Source: Candidatus Nomurabacteria bacterium
Lineage (GTDB): Bacteria > Patescibacteriota > Patescibacteriia > HK-STAS-PATE-3
Direction: 5' to 3'
DNA: 64,000 nucleotides
Assembly: GCA_023898465.1 (NCBI GenBank)
Contig: CP060223.1
Location: 1,018,587-1,082,586, forward strand
Part shown: positions 8,676 to 18,322 of the stretch, piece after piece
How positions within the stretch are numbered: the first letter of the stretch is position 1
How the letters are laid out: each line of letters starts with the position of its first letter
The notes under the pieces: generated by a model
Seen by the model: the letters and a program-made list of their open reading frames with translations, nothing else
The model's database searches: none
What the model was told of the DNA's origin: nothing
Made by a program: the position numbers and the translations under genes

Positions 8676-8891
8676 GTGGCGGATGGTGAATCGACTGGCG
8701 GATCGATCGAGTACTCGATCGGCACGCCTGAAGGGTGGGAAGAGCTCAAGCGAGCTCAACGAGACCTTCGAGATGCGCAAGCGGGTTCGAGCGGCTGTTT
8801 TCTCCGGCCTCATTGGCCAAAGAGAGAGGTGGTCAGAGCACTGAAAGAGCATGGACTCTTGAAGTCCAAGACTCGTGAGCGACCGTCCTAG
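8676..8891 (+). CDS. Hypothetical small protein (71 aa), GTG start, GC-rich
   Basis: RBS GAGGAGG upstream of GTG; intrinsic terminator 8879-8908 (gcgacc..ggtcgc+T5) overlaps the stop. Confidence 0.45.
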   Translation: MADGESTGGSIEYSIGTPEGWEELKRAQRDLRDAQAGSSGCFLRPHWPKREVVRALKEHGLLKSKTRERPS

Positions 8892-8935
8892 GATGGTCGC
8901 TTTTTCTTTATTGCAAAAACGCCTCGCTAAGAGAG

Positions 8936-9454
8936 TTAGTATGGGATCGAATCAATCAAAGAGTAGTTAGCATTTACAAAATCTTTATAGCTTGACCACG
9001 GCCAGTCCTCAGGTTTATTTACCAACCCATCCCTCACTGGATTATAATGAATATAGTTCACGTGATGATTTAGATCTTGTTGGTCACGGATGATGTGGTC
9101 GTAAAATGATTTTTGCCAAATAAATTTCGTAGATAGCCGAGGATGATCATCCTCGGCTATGAGGTGTGGATATATAATATTAATACTCCTTGAAATGTTT
9201 CTTTTTAGGCAATGCATAAGATCAGAAATATTACTTTCATAACGAGGCCGTAACAAAAAATGTGCATGATCATGCATTACAACATACGCGTATAGATAAT
9301 AAGGTTGGATATTTTTTGTTATTTGGAGTCGGGAGATAACAATATTCGCAAGATGAGAATCTTTGAAGAAGGGAATTCTATTGTGAGTTACAATTGTGAC
9401 AAAATATATTCCATCCGGAATATAGATTCGTTTAAGCTTACTAATAAACAACAT
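8936..9454 (-). mobile_element. IS200/IS605-family Y1 (REP-associated tyrosine transposase-like) transposase gene, very AT-rich
   Basis: HxH motif (MHDHAHFLL) and catalytic Tyr region (FYDHIIRDQQD...YIHYNPVRDGLVN...DWPWSSY) typical of the Y1_Tnp family; GC of about 32% against about 58% flanks. Confidence 0.8.
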
Positions 9455-9532
9455 GGCGTCTCCTTAAAGATCGCCACATTTCCAGCCTATACTGCTGTTC
9501 TGGAAAAGTAAAGCTGCGCGATACTGAGTCCC

Positions 9533-10582
9533 TTACTGACTGATATGGAAATGCACAACGTCTCCATCTTGGATGATGTACTCCTTGCCTTCCATGCGCA
9601 TGAGGCCTTTTGCTTTTGCGTTAGCTTCGCTCCCAGCCTCAAGTAAGGTTTTCCAGTTAATCACTTCAGCTCGAATGAAAGCCTTAATAAAGTCGGTATG
9701 AATCACTCCAGCAGCTTGCGGGGCGGGACTTCCTTGCTTCACAGTCCAAGCGCGGGTTTCCTTCGGACCCGTGGTCAACATGGTGATGAGGTTGAGCAAT
9801 TCGTAGGAAGCGCGAATGAGTCGATCAAGTCCACTCGATTTCCATCCCAATTCTTGCAGCATGGCTTTTGCGTCTTCGCTGGGGAGCTCGGCTAGTTCAG
9901 CTTCCATTTTTACGCATACTTTTAGCGGAGTGGTGGCCTCACTTACCTCATCTTCGCTCACGTTATAGAGAGTGAGGATAGGCTTCATAGTAAGTAGATT
10001 GAGGTAGCGAATCGCCTCCTTTTCCTCTTTACTGAGATCGACAGTATTGGCTGGCTTCCCTTCATTCAGAGCTGCATTTATTCGCTCTAATATACCCACC
10101 TGCAACTTGGCTTCTTTGTCACCTGATCGAGCTTTACCGTTTTGTGTATCTAAAGCTTTTGTCACCTGATCTAAATCAGCCATAGCCAGTTCATAGAGGA
10201 TAGTTTGTTCATCCTCATCTGGGTTGACTCGACCGGATACATGATGGACATTCGCATCTTCAAATCCACGTACGACGTGACAGATTGCATCAACCTCTCG
10301 GATGTTTGAGAGAAATTTATTACCTAAGCCTTCACCTTGCGAAGCACCTTTGACCAAACCGGCAATGTCGACAAACTCAATTGTCGTAGGAATAATTTCC
10401 TGCGATGCTGAGAGTTTTGCTAAAGGCTCCAATCGATCATCAGGCACGGCAACGACGCCCACATTTGGGTCAATGGTAGCAAAAGGATAGTTAGAGGTAT
10501 CAACCTGCTTTTTGGTTAGCGCTTGGAAAAGGGTTGATTTACCGACATTGGGTAGTCCGACAATTCCGACCTGCAGTGACAT
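9533..10582 (-). CDS. ychF: Ribosome-binding ATPase YchF (Obg-family GTPase)
   Basis: GIVGLPNVGKSTLFQALT G1 motif, TGS C-terminal domain. Confidence 0.95.
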   Translation of the reverse strand: MSLQVGIVGLPNVGKSTLFQALTKKQVDTSNYPFATIDPNVGVVAVPDDRLEPLAKLSASQEIIPTTIEFVDIAGLVKGASQGEGLGNKFLSNIREVDAICHVVRGFEDANVHHVSGRVNPDEDEQTILYELAMADLDQVTKALDTQNGKARSGDKEAKLQVGILERINAALNEGKPANTVDLSKEEKEAIRYLNLLTMKPILTLYNVSEDEVSEATTPLKVCVKMEAELAELPSEDAKAMLQELGWKSSGLDRLIRASYELLNLITMLTTGPKETRAWTVKQGSPAPQAAGVIHTDFIKAFIRAEVINWKTLLEAGSEANAKAKGLMRMEGKEYIIQDGDVVHFHISQ

Positions 10583-10600
10583 AGAGGAGTGGGTTACAAA

Positions 10601-10933
10601 TTATGAAACATTTTTCTTCCACTCGCGCTGCTGATTTTTTTCTTCTTTCGCGCGCAGTGCTTGAGGAAGGTCTATAGAAAGCTTATTCGCAATATCAGTC
10701 AGGTAAATTATGCAGTCGGCTATTTCCTCAGCTGCTTCTGACCGCTTGGTGTCATCGGCCATTGCTAGGCCTTCTGACTTTCGAATCGCCCTAGCGAGCT
10801 CGCCGATTTCTTCCATTAGGAGCACGAGCTTATCTTTGACTGACTCATCATCAAAACCCCGTTCAGTGAGTACTCGTTGAAAATACTCTTGGAGCTCGCT
10901 TAAGCTGGGATTATGTGATAGTTGCATAGACAT
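10601..10933 (-). CDS. MazG-like nucleotide pyrophosphohydrolase domain protein
   Basis: EEIGELARAI...EEIADCIIYLTDIA (EExxE / metal-binding helices of the MazG family). Confidence 0.7.
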   Translation of the reverse strand: MSMQLSHNPSLSELQEYFQRVLTERGFDDESVKDKLVLLMEEIGELARAIRKSEGLAMADDTKRSEAAEEIADCIIYLTDIANKLSIDLPQALRAKEEKNQQREWKKNVS

Positions 10934-10937
10934 AGCG

Positions 10938-11675
10938 CTACCCTTTTCCCTTACGCCAACGCACCGCGTTCAGTAGCGGCCCATAGAGATCATCACGTTT
11001 GTTGATATGCAAATTGCGAATCTCCTTTGGACTAGGATTTCGTTTTTGGAATTGCACGAAAGGGAGCTTGGTGATAAGAGCGAGTGGTGTTTGTTCAGTA
11101 CCCTCACCCATAACGGCAACTGCTGCAGCGGCTAAGGCATCACTGTGATTTGCCTGCGATAAGTACATGGGATGACCAAATAAATCCTTAGTCCCGCGAT
11201 AATCTTTCAGTGCCAAGAAGCCAGAGTGGGCAATCGCAACTCCAGTGGTTCCCCAGCGCAAAGGTCGAGTAGTGCTGTCACTGATGATAACGCCGATCTG
11301 CTGACGCCGGAAACGCTTTTGCAAATAGGTTCGAATCGCATTAGCACTTTTTTTAGGATGCTTTGGCAGCATCACGTGCGCGCCCGCCGCATTCGAGTGA
11401 TCAACTCCCGCTGCAGGGAATAAGTGCGAGTATTTAATTGTCAGCATGGTGTGATATTTACTGCGCTGTCGTGGTAAATACCATTCAGCCTCTCTTTGAA
11501 TCAAGGTGTCTTTATCTGTCCTACGGTCTATATGACCCTCACACAGTGCTACGATTTTTGACGTTACGACGAGGATGCTTTTTTCCGGAATGTTTTTTAC
11601 TGCGCGATCAAGAATACCGGTCAGTGGGCCGGATTCCTCAGTTATACGTGGAGTGCGGATCGCTTTGATATTCAT
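10938..11675 (-). CDS. F420-0:gamma-glutamyl ligase (CofE)-like family protein
   Basis: SILVVTSKIVALCEG ... AGVDHSNA ... matches the CofE/F420_ligase fold. Confidence 0.65.
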   Translation of the reverse strand: MNIKAIRTPRITEESGPLTGILDRAVKNIPEKSILVVTSKIVALCEGHIDRRTDKDTLIQREAEWYLPRQRSKYHTMLTIKYSHLFPAAGVDHSNAAGAHVMLPKHPKKSANAIRTYLQKRFRRQQIGVIISDSTTRPLRWGTTGVAIAHSGFLALKDYRGTKDLFGHPMYLSQANHSDALAAAAVAVMGEGTEQTPLALITKLPFVQFQKRNPSPKEIRNLHINKRDDLYGPLLNAVRWRKGKG

Positions 11676-12358
11676 CGAGGGTATTGTATACCGTATCGCA
11701 GGAAAAGTTCGCTGTCTAGCTCTTTTTGGCTGATAAGCTTCAGCTGAGGCAGGCGCTTTGGTTGGAACATGCTTCCTTCTAGCAAATGAAGACTATTACC
11801 TTTTTCACTGCCTAGCAACTTTGGCGTGAAAGTGAGGAATAGTTCATCGAGTAATTTTGCCTGTACAAAACTCTGTACTAATTGCGGGCCGCCCTCAACT
11901 AAGATGTGATGATAGCCATCCCGATAGAGTTTGGCGCTTAACTTTTTTGCAGAAAAGTTTTTATCCTTCACTTGCTGTATCGCCGTATAGGCAGGTGCAG
12001 ATCTGCGAAGGCCTTGCATAATCTGCGCTTGCCTACTGACTACGATATAGAGGAGCGGTCGGTGTTTGCCAAGCTGCTTTCGTCGCTTTTGAAAGTTCGG
12101 GTCAGTCAGGCGCTGCAGAGTGGGTGAGTTTAGTGCAGTATTGCGGCCATGAATAAGCACGTCAGCATGGGCCCGCAATTCAAGCAGCGTTGCAAAATCA
12201 CGCTGGCTGCCGAGAGGCCAGTATGCTCGGGGATGTTTCCTTGATTGCACTACACCGTCTACTGATTGAACAAAGTTCGTGTAGAAGTAAGGGCGCTTAG
12301 ACTTCAGCGGAAGCTTCAGCCGTCGGTAAAGTGCTTGGTTTGCTCGGTGTTTTGTCAT
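11672..12358 (-). CDS. RibD C-terminal domain (5-amino-6-(5-phosphoribosylamino)uracil reductase-like / DHFR-like) protein
   Basis: NFVQSVDGVV...HHILVEGGPQLVQSFVQAKLLDELFLTFTPKLLG. Confidence 0.7.
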   Translation of the reverse strand: MTKHRANQALYRRLKLPLKSKRPYFYTNFVQSVDGVVQSRKHPRAYWPLGSQRDFATLLELRAHADVLIHGRNTALNSPTLQRLTDPNFQKRRKQLGKHRPLLYIVVSRQAQIMQGLRRSAPAYTAIQQVKDKNFSAKKLSAKLYRDGYHHILVEGGPQLVQSFVQAKLLDELFLTFTPKLLGSEKGNSLHLLEGSMFQPKRLPQLKLISQKELDSELFLRYGIQYPR

Positions 12359-12998
12359 TGCGTAGCCAACGAACGCCTAGGTAAACAAATGGCGTTTCAA
12401 TAATAGACATAGCGCATTTGAGCAACCAGTATGGCAAGATGAGACTGAAGAGGAAGCTGGCGTTATTTCCCAAACCTTTATCAAATGCGTAGAAGGCCAA
12501 GGTCATGAATACAACTGTATCGACGAGTTGTGCCACGATATTAGAAAGGTTATTGCGTAACCACAAACCTTTGTCCTGCATTTTTTTTCGTAGGCGGGCA
12601 AAGACAGCTACATCAAGGAATTCAGCCAGAGCAAAAGCGATCAGACTAGCGGCGGAGATGCGAATTGATTGTACAAAGATAGTATCATAAGCTGCTTCGC
12701 TCCCAGAAAAACGAGTGGAGGGTGGCAAGCTGGTCGCCAGTGCAGTGAAGAGAAAAAGCAAGAAAATCATGAGTAGCCCAGCGCGGATAACGCTACGAGC
12801 TCGTTCGCTTCCGTACACCTCAACAATGACGTCGTTAATGGTGAAGAGGATTGGAATCACAAAAATTGCTACGCTGGCATTCAGGGTGTAGGAGCCGAGG
12901 TGCAGCAATGGAAAAGTCTTGGCGCCCAGCAGCTCAGAGCACATGATGCAGAAGATGTAGATGGCGACCAGTAGGTCAAATTTGCGGATGGAAAACAT
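12297..12998 (-). CDS. yhhQ: Queuosine-precursor transporter YhhQ/Vut family membrane protein
   Basis: Multi-TM; FTINDVIVEVYG motif of the DUF165/YhhQ family. Confidence 0.8.
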   Translation of the reverse strand: MFSIRKFDLLVAIYIFCIMCSELLGAKTFPLLHLGSYTLNASVAIFVIPILFTINDVIVEVYGSERARSVIRAGLLMIFLLFLFTALATSLPPSTRFSGSEAAYDTIFVQSIRISAASLIAFALAEFLDVAVFARLRKKMQDKGLWLRNNLSNIVAQLVDTVVFMTLAFYAFDKGLGNNASFLFSLILPYWLLKCAMSIIETPFVYLGVRWLRNDKTPSKPSTLPTAEASAEV

Positions 12999-13128
12999 CT
13001 CGCCAAGTTTATCAGTGAGCTCTCAGAAAAGCAAGTAATATTGACAAGCTGCAGTTGTGTTGTTAAATTGTCGTGTCGTTCATTAAGATTTCTTTTTTCC
13101 ACGTGCCCTGACTAGAGGAGGTAAGGCC

Positions 13129-13743
13129 GTGCATTGGAACTTTGGGCCCCGATTCGGCACCCCGGGGAAAACGTTTCAGAGGTATCAGGTGATTCTGACT
13201 GAAGAGCAGGAAGAGCGTCTGGCCGGTACCTGCTTCCGCCCTACTCACGCGGCATTGTCGGGACGGATCATGCGAGCTGGCTTTGCTTGTTTGCTTTTCT
13301 CTGAGGACTTGTGCGAACAGATCCTGGGAAAGATCGAGGAACAGATCCGGTTCTTGATTCCGGTACCGTGGCGTGGCTACACGTTTCGTCTTTCCGTGAG
13401 CAGTGTTGGGCCGATTGGTTGGACCTCAACCATTACCAAGGAGCACCTGCTCTGGCGCAGTTTGCAGCCGCGGTATATGGAGCTCTTTCAGATCAACAAG
13501 CATGCAAACGGGTATCGGGTACGACCGGCTTACCATGATCGTTTCCCGGCACCTCTGACGAGCGTGATCACCATGGCCACTACCATTCGCTGGAATCCGA
13601 TTGATGCGAGATGGAACGTGTATGTCGAGACGGTGTACCCGGGAGTTGACATTGGACCCCTGCGTGCTCCCAGTTGTAGCTCTCGGATGATCAGGGATGT
13701 GAAGTTTTGGGATTGGAATGCGCCCGGCCAGCCGCTTAGCTGA
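13129..13743 (+). CDS. Hypothetical protein (204 aa), GTG start, GC-rich
   Basis: Promoter TTGACA-17-TAAATT (about 13035-13063); RBS AGGAGG 7 nt before GTG; terminator 13762-13797. Confidence 0.5.
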   Translation: MHWNFGPRFGTPGKTFQRYQVILTEEQEERLAGTCFRPTHAALSGRIMRAGFACLLFSEDLCEQILGKIEEQIRFLIPVPWRGYTFRLSVSSVGPIGWTSTITKEHLLWRSLQPRYMELFQINKHANGYRVRPAYHDRFPAPLTSVITMATTIRWNPIDARWNVYVETVYPGVDIGPLRAPSCSSRMIRDVKFWDWNAPGQPLS

Positions 13744-13761
13744 GCGTGAAAGAATCGTAAC

Positions 13762-13797
13762 GAAGCCTTATCCTACTTGGATGAGGCTTCTTTCTCT
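13762..13797 (+). terminator. Intrinsic terminator
   Basis: gaagcct-(15 nt)-aggcttc followed by tttctct. Confidence 0.6.
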
Positions 13798-14302
13798 ATC
13801 TTAATATACGCCGAATTTTTGGTAGCGCCTCAAGCATATGCTTAAAAGCTATATTTTCAGGCGTATGATCAATCGGAATCCACTCATAGCCATCAACATC
13901 ATCAGATGGTTGAATGTTCTGATCAAGTAATTCGCAGTAGTAGTAGAGATTGAGTACTTTTGTTCCATCACTAACACTTGGATGCTGATAGGTATCAATG
14001 TAAGAGCCAAGGTAATCTCGAACCTCCACATCAACTTTGAGTTCCTCTTTGCACTCTCGCAGTATGCATGATTCGCCACTTTCACCGTTGTCGAGAAAAC
14101 CACCAGCAAAATCTAGACATCCTTTCCGTGGTTCACGAGCACGTCGGACGTAAAGCAGTTTTCCATTTTGATAAAAAATACCCACAGTGGCTGGAATGGG
14201 ATTATGAAACTGCATAGTATTGCATTGGCTGCAGCGGAGATGTTGTCCATCAAATTGTACGAGTCGTCCACCACAGTACATGCAAAATTGTCGTGTGCGC
14301 AT
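13796..14302 (-). CDS. NUDIX hydrolase with N-terminal zinc ribbon (NudC/NADH-pyrophosphatase-like)
   Basis: CMYCGG...CSQC zinc ribbon; NUDIX box GGFLDNGESGESCILRECKEELKV. Start is the internal Met (MRTRQF); the upstream part of the track ORF is probably non-coding. Confidence 0.8.
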   Translation of the reverse strand: MRTRQFCMYCGGRLVQFDGQHLRCSQCNTMQFHNPIPATVGIFYQNGKLLYVRRAREPRKGCLDFAGGFLDNGESGESCILRECKEELKVDVEVRDYLGSYIDTYQHPSVSDGTKVLNLYYYCELLDQNIQPSDDVDGYEWIPIDHTPENIAFKHMLEALPKIRRILR

Positions 14303-14424
14303 AGCCCTAGTGTACTGCGGAAATGGTTTTGCGAAAAGAGCAAGGATTGACAAAATTGCGATTTTGAGGTAATAAATGAAATAGATACAACACCATTGTC
14401 CTTTGACAGAAAAGGAGGCAGCCG

Positions 14425-14958
14425 ATGCGTAAATCGCTTGCTTTTTTGTTGTTTGTCTTGGCTCTCTGCCTGGCTCACTTGCCTGCTCGCGTTTACGCGG
14501 AAGGCTGCAACGGCCAGAAGTGGTGCGTCGAGACATCGGAGTTCGCTTTTCGATTGGGTGAATACCCGATCGAGATCGACCGCCTGCGTCACTTGGAAGA
14601 AAAGGGTGCGCCAGACATGGCGAGTACCATCCGGTACATTCTCCAGCATCCGAAAACCATCACGTATATCGGGTGGATTCGCCCGACTCCTGAGATGCAC
14701 TATCTCAGCCTACGGTGGAACGTCGGTCTCCAGCTCAAGAGCGGCGAAGTCATTTGGGCTCAGCAGTGGATCTACGAAGAGAATGGTCACATGGTTCAGA
14801 GTGATCCAGGAAACTTGCATTTCTCACCCATTTCTAGCGGTAGGAGTGGCGAGAACAATCAAGGAAAGTCCTACCTCGCTTTTGTGGTTTTCCCGGAGCG
14901 GAAGGCCGACGGAAAGGATTGGAAAGACAAGGAAGTCGCGGGATTGGTATTCGAGTAA
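14425..14958 (+). CDS. Secreted hypothetical protein (signal peptide), GC-rich
   Basis: Promoter TTGACA-17-TAATAA; RBS AAAGGAGG; signal peptide MRKSLAFLLFVLALCLAHLPARVYA. Confidence 0.5.
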   Translation: MRKSLAFLLFVLALCLAHLPARVYAEGCNGQKWCVETSEFAFRLGEYPIEIDRLRHLEEKGAPDMASTIRYILQHPKTITYIGWIRPTPEMHYLSLRWNVGLQLKSGEVIWAQQWIYEENGHMVQSDPGNLHFSPISSGRSGENNQGKSYLAFVVFPERKADGKDWKDKEVAGLVFE

Positions 14959-15045
14959 CCCCGGTTTCGTGGCGTCATCATGATAGACACATCGTGAGCC
15001 ACGGAAGAAACGCAGTCCGACGACTGCACAAGAAGGAGAGCGGAG

Positions 15046-15261
15046 ATGAAGAAGCTTTTGATCTCTCTGTCGGCGATTGCGCTCCTCGCCAGCCCGGCCG
15101 TGATCCCGAAGGTCGATGTGGCTGACAACGGAAGCGTCGAGATCAGTCAGAGCGGTGACGCTCAGGCCTGGAATCTCGTTCTCATCATGTGTAAGGAGTT
15201 GCACGTCGATGAGATGTGCGATCTCTACGACCACGGTGTGGACGAGGGCTGGTGGAACTAG
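15046..15261 (+). CDS. Small secreted acidic peptide (71-aa precursor, 2 Cys, ends GWWN)
   Basis: RBS AAGGAG; signal peptide MKKLLISLSAIALLASPAVIP; co-transcribed with 14425..14958; T-run terminator after the stop. Confidence 0.45.
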   Translation: MKKLLISLSAIALLASPAVIPKVDVADNGSVEISQSGDAQAWNLVLIMCKELHVDEMCDLYDHGVDEGWWN

Positions 15262-15298
15262 CCATCGACGGGCTACCGCGCCGTATTCTTCTCGCTTA

Positions 15299-16159
15299 CT
15301 AGCGAAGAGAGTGCGGCGCTTTTTCTTTTACTATAAACGCCTCTACCGTGCTCTGCAGCAACATTGCGACAGTTACAGGACCAACGCCACCAGGTACCGG
15401 ACTGCGCCAGGCAGCCACACCTTCAACACTCTCAGCATCAACATCTCCAGTCACGCTCCCATCAGGCATTTCGTTTATTCCTACGTCGATCAGTATGCTC
15501 TTGGGTTTAAGCATGTCACCCCGGAGGTATTTAGACTTCCCTGCAGCAATAATAACGACGTCGGCTTTTTTTACATCATCAACTTGCATTTCATCAGCTC
15601 GTTGCGCGCTCACTTGTAAGCCTACGCTTTCTAGTGCTTTACGCATGGGTAGGAAAAAGGTGTCAGAGTAAGCTAAAACCAGCGCCTCTTTGTTATTCAT
15701 TTGCTCATCGGTTTTTTGTAGAAGCGCCATAATGCTGCGAATCAGGCTGGGCGCTTGACCGCTCTGTCCAGTCAGGTAGCGCTCTACATTCATTGGATGA
15801 AAGCCATCCACATCTTTACGCCAGTCTATGGCCTGGGTGATACGATCTTCATTCAAGTGCGAAGGCAAAGGCAGCTGCACCACAATGCCGTGCACTTTTG
15901 CGTCACTATTCAACTCTTCGAGCTTTCGTAGTACATCAGCCTCATTTGCATCAGCTGGAAATCGATGGAGCGCAAAATGAATGCCGAGTTTTTCGCAGGC
16001 TCGCTCTTTTACTTTCACATATACCTCAGAAGCCGGATCATTGCCAACTAGGATAATAGCTAAACCAGGCGTGCCTGAGATTTTAGCAAGTTGCGCGGCA
16101 GTACGATCGGTAATTTCTTTGGCCAGTGCTCGGCCATCAATGAGTTGGGTTGTGAACAT
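15299..16159 (-). CDS. folD: Bifunctional methylene-THF dehydrogenase/methenyl-THF cyclohydrolase
   Basis: Full-length FolD similarity (DGRALAKEI..., VQLPLP, GGVGP). Confidence 0.95.
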   Translation of the reverse strand: MFTTQLIDGRALAKEITDRTAAQLAKISGTPGLAIILVGNDPASEVYVKVKERACEKLGIHFALHRFPADANEADVLRKLEELNSDAKVHGIVVQLPLPSHLNEDRITQAIDWRKDVDGFHPMNVERYLTGQSGQAPSLIRSIMALLQKTDEQMNNKEALVLAYSDTFFLPMRKALESVGLQVSAQRADEMQVDDVKKADVVIIAAGKSKYLRGDMLKPKSILIDVGINEMPDGSVTGDVDAESVEGVAAWRSPVPGGVGPVTVAMLLQSTVEAFIVKEKAPHSLR

Positions 16160-16161
16160 GA

Positions 16162-17391
16162 TTACAACTCAGGATAGAGTGGGAAGGCGGCAGTTAATTC
16201 CTCTACCATTTGTATTGTCTGCTTTTGCTGCTCCTCGCTCTTTGGATTCTTGAGCAGTGCGGCAATAGCCTGACCAATGCGAGTGAACTCAGCTTCTTTC
16301 ATGCCTCGGGTAGTCAGTGCAGGAGAGCCTAAACGGATTCCTGACGGATCCATAGGCTTGCGCGGATCATCCGGGATCATGTTTTTATTCAAAGTAATGT
16401 GAACGCTGTCGAGTAATTCCTGGGCTTCTTTACCGCCTAAACCAAGCGGAGTGACATCAGCCAGGATAAGGTGATTTTCCGTGCCACCAAACATTATGCG
16501 CATACCACCTTCTTGTAATGCATTGCAGAGTGCCTGTGCGTTCAACTTAATTTGCTTCGCGTAGTCTTTAAACTCAGGAGTAAGCGCTTCTCCAAAAGCA
16601 ACAGCTTTCGCCGCAATGTTATGTTCATGCGGACCGCCCTGCATACCAGGGAAGACTGCTTTATCAATTGCTTTGGCATGTTGCTCTTTGCACATAATCA
16701 TACCGCCGCGAGGTCCGCGTAGGGTTTTGTGCGTAGTGGTAGTAACGACATCAAAGAGCGGCACTGGATTCGCCATTTCTCCAGCAGCAATTAATCCGGC
16801 AATATGGGAAATATCGGCCATGGTCAGCGCGCCAACCTCATCAGCAATTTTTTTTACCCGCGCATATTCAATTTCTCGCGAATAAGCAGAGTAGCCAACC
16901 AGGATGAGTTTCGGATGATGCTCTTTTGCCAATCGCTCCATTTCTTCGTAATCGATCTGTCCCTCGGCGGTTGTTTTGTAGCGAATGAAGTTAAACAGTT
17001 TAGCCATCCAGGTCACCGGATGTCCGTGGGTGAGGTGACCGCCATGACTGAGGTCCATACCTAGCACTGTGTCGCCCGGTTCCAGCAAGGCAGAGTACAC
17101 CTCGATATTTGCTGGTGCGCCTGAGAGGGGTTGCACATTCACATGCTCGGCGCCAAAAAGCTGTTTAGCTCGGTCAATCGCCAACTGCTCAACCGTATCG
17201 ACATGTTCGGTACCGCCATAATAGCGTTTACCAGGATAGCCTTCGGAATATTTATTTGTGAGCACAGAGCCGAGTGCCTCAAGTACAGCCAAGGAAACAA
17301 AGTTCTCGGATGGAATCAATTCAAGGCCGTGGCGCTGGCGTTCCAGCTCAGCCTTGATGGCTTCTTGGATAATTGGGTCGTGGGTTTGCAT
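16162..17391 (-). CDS. glyA: Serine hydroxymethyltransferase
   Basis: [20 protein letters not shown]-Lys region ([14 protein letters not shown]). Confidence 0.97.
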   Translation of the reverse strand: MQTHDPIIQEAIKAELERQRHGLELIPSENFVSLAVLEALGSVLTNKYSEGYPGKRYYGGTEHVDTVEQLAIDRAKQLFGAEHVNVQPLSGAPANIEVYSALLEPGDTVLGMDLSHGGHLTHGHPVTWMAKLFNFIRYKTTAEGQIDYEEMERLAKEHHPKLILVGYSAYSREIEYARVKKIADEVGALTMADISHIAGLIAAGEMANPVPLFDVVTTTTHKTLRGPRGGMIMCKEQHAKAIDKAVFPGMQGGPHEHNIAAKAVAFGEALTPEFKDYAKQIKLNAQALCNALQEGGMRIMFGGTENHLILADVTPLGLGGKEAQELLDSVHITLNKNMIPDDPRKPMDPSGIRLGSPALTTRGMKEAEFTRIGQAIAALLKNPKSEEQQKQTIQMVEELTAAFPLYPEL

Positions 17392-18232
17392 CGGACTTGA
17401 GTGTAGAATGCTCTGGGCGGACTGGCAAGGGATAGCGTTTCTGGCTAATACGAATGAGCATCCAGAAACCGAGCAGGATAAAAAGTGCGCTCACAATGAG
17501 CGGCAGACGTATACCGATAATATGTGGCGTTGCATCAAAGCGAAAGAGCTCGGCTGCAAAACGGCCAACTCCATAGAGTAGGAAAAAGAGGGCGGTAACA
17601 ACCCCAATCGCTGTGTCATTTTGACGTTTTCGTTCCAGCCAAATAAAGCCAAGTAGTAGCACTACACCGAAAAGATCAATGAGCGATTCATAAAGGAAGA
17701 CCGGATGAAAGTAGCTGGCGTTGATATAGCTTTCTGGTCGAAGTGATTCAGCAATTGGAATGCCCCAAGGCAAGCTTGTTGGTCGTCCAAATAACTCTTG
17801 ATTAAAATAGTTTCCCCAACGCCCAATACTTAAGCCCAGGAGTACGCCAGGCGCCAGGAGGTCCGTCAGGCGAAGGAGGGGAAGTTGCAAGCGCCTTGCT
17901 CCATAATAGAGCACTAGTAATCCGACAAGTATGCCACCATGGATAGCCAGGCCGCCCTGCCAAATTTGGAATATGTCACCTGGGTGTTGCCAATAGTACA
18001 CGGGTTCGTTCAGCACGTGATAGAGCCGCGCGCCAATGAAGCCGAGAAAGGCAGTGAGCAGGAGGAGGTCGGTCAGTCGGCCGAGCGGGATATTTCGCTT
18101 ACGAGAAAGGAGGTAGGTAATAAAATACGCGCTCAGCATGCCCAGACTTAAGCAGAGTCCGTACCAGCTAATAGAGATATTTCCTAGCGTAAAAGCGACG
18201 GCATTGGGAAGTGTTTCGTGGAGGAAATCCAT
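17348..18232 (-). CDS. lgt: Prolipoprotein diacylglyceryl transferase
   Basis: Multi-TM Lgt pattern (ISWYGLC..., [25 protein letters not shown]). Confidence 0.9.
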   Translation of the reverse strand: MDFLHETLPNAVAFTLGNISISWYGLCLSLGMLSAYFITYLLSRKRNIPLGRLTDLLLLTAFLGFIGARLYHVLNEPVYYWQHPGDIFQIWQGGLAIHGGILVGLLVLYYGARRLQLPLLRLTDLLAPGVLLGLSIGRWGNYFNQELFGRPTSLPWGIPIAESLRPESYINASYFHPVFLYESLIDLFGVVLLLGFIWLERKRQNDTAIGVVTALFFLLYGVGRFAAELFRFDATPHIIGIRLPLIVSALFILLGFWMLIRISQKRYPLPVRPEHSTLKSDANPRPNYPRSHQG

Positions 18233-18322
18233 AGCTCAAGTGTAGCACGCTTGCGAATCTCTGCACTTCGCGCTACCTTAGGGCATGTCTGCCTACGCGA
18301 AGCCGCTTTGGCAGACGGGCAC

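Noticed and set aside
12297-12358. 62-nt overlap between the yhhQ and ribD-C-like genes, and 44-nt overlap between lgt and glyA, as possible frameshift or pseudogene signs
   Set aside because: Both downstream proteins begin with conserved N-termini at the annotated Met, and both upstream proteins have complete C-termini. Short overlaps in compact operons are normal.
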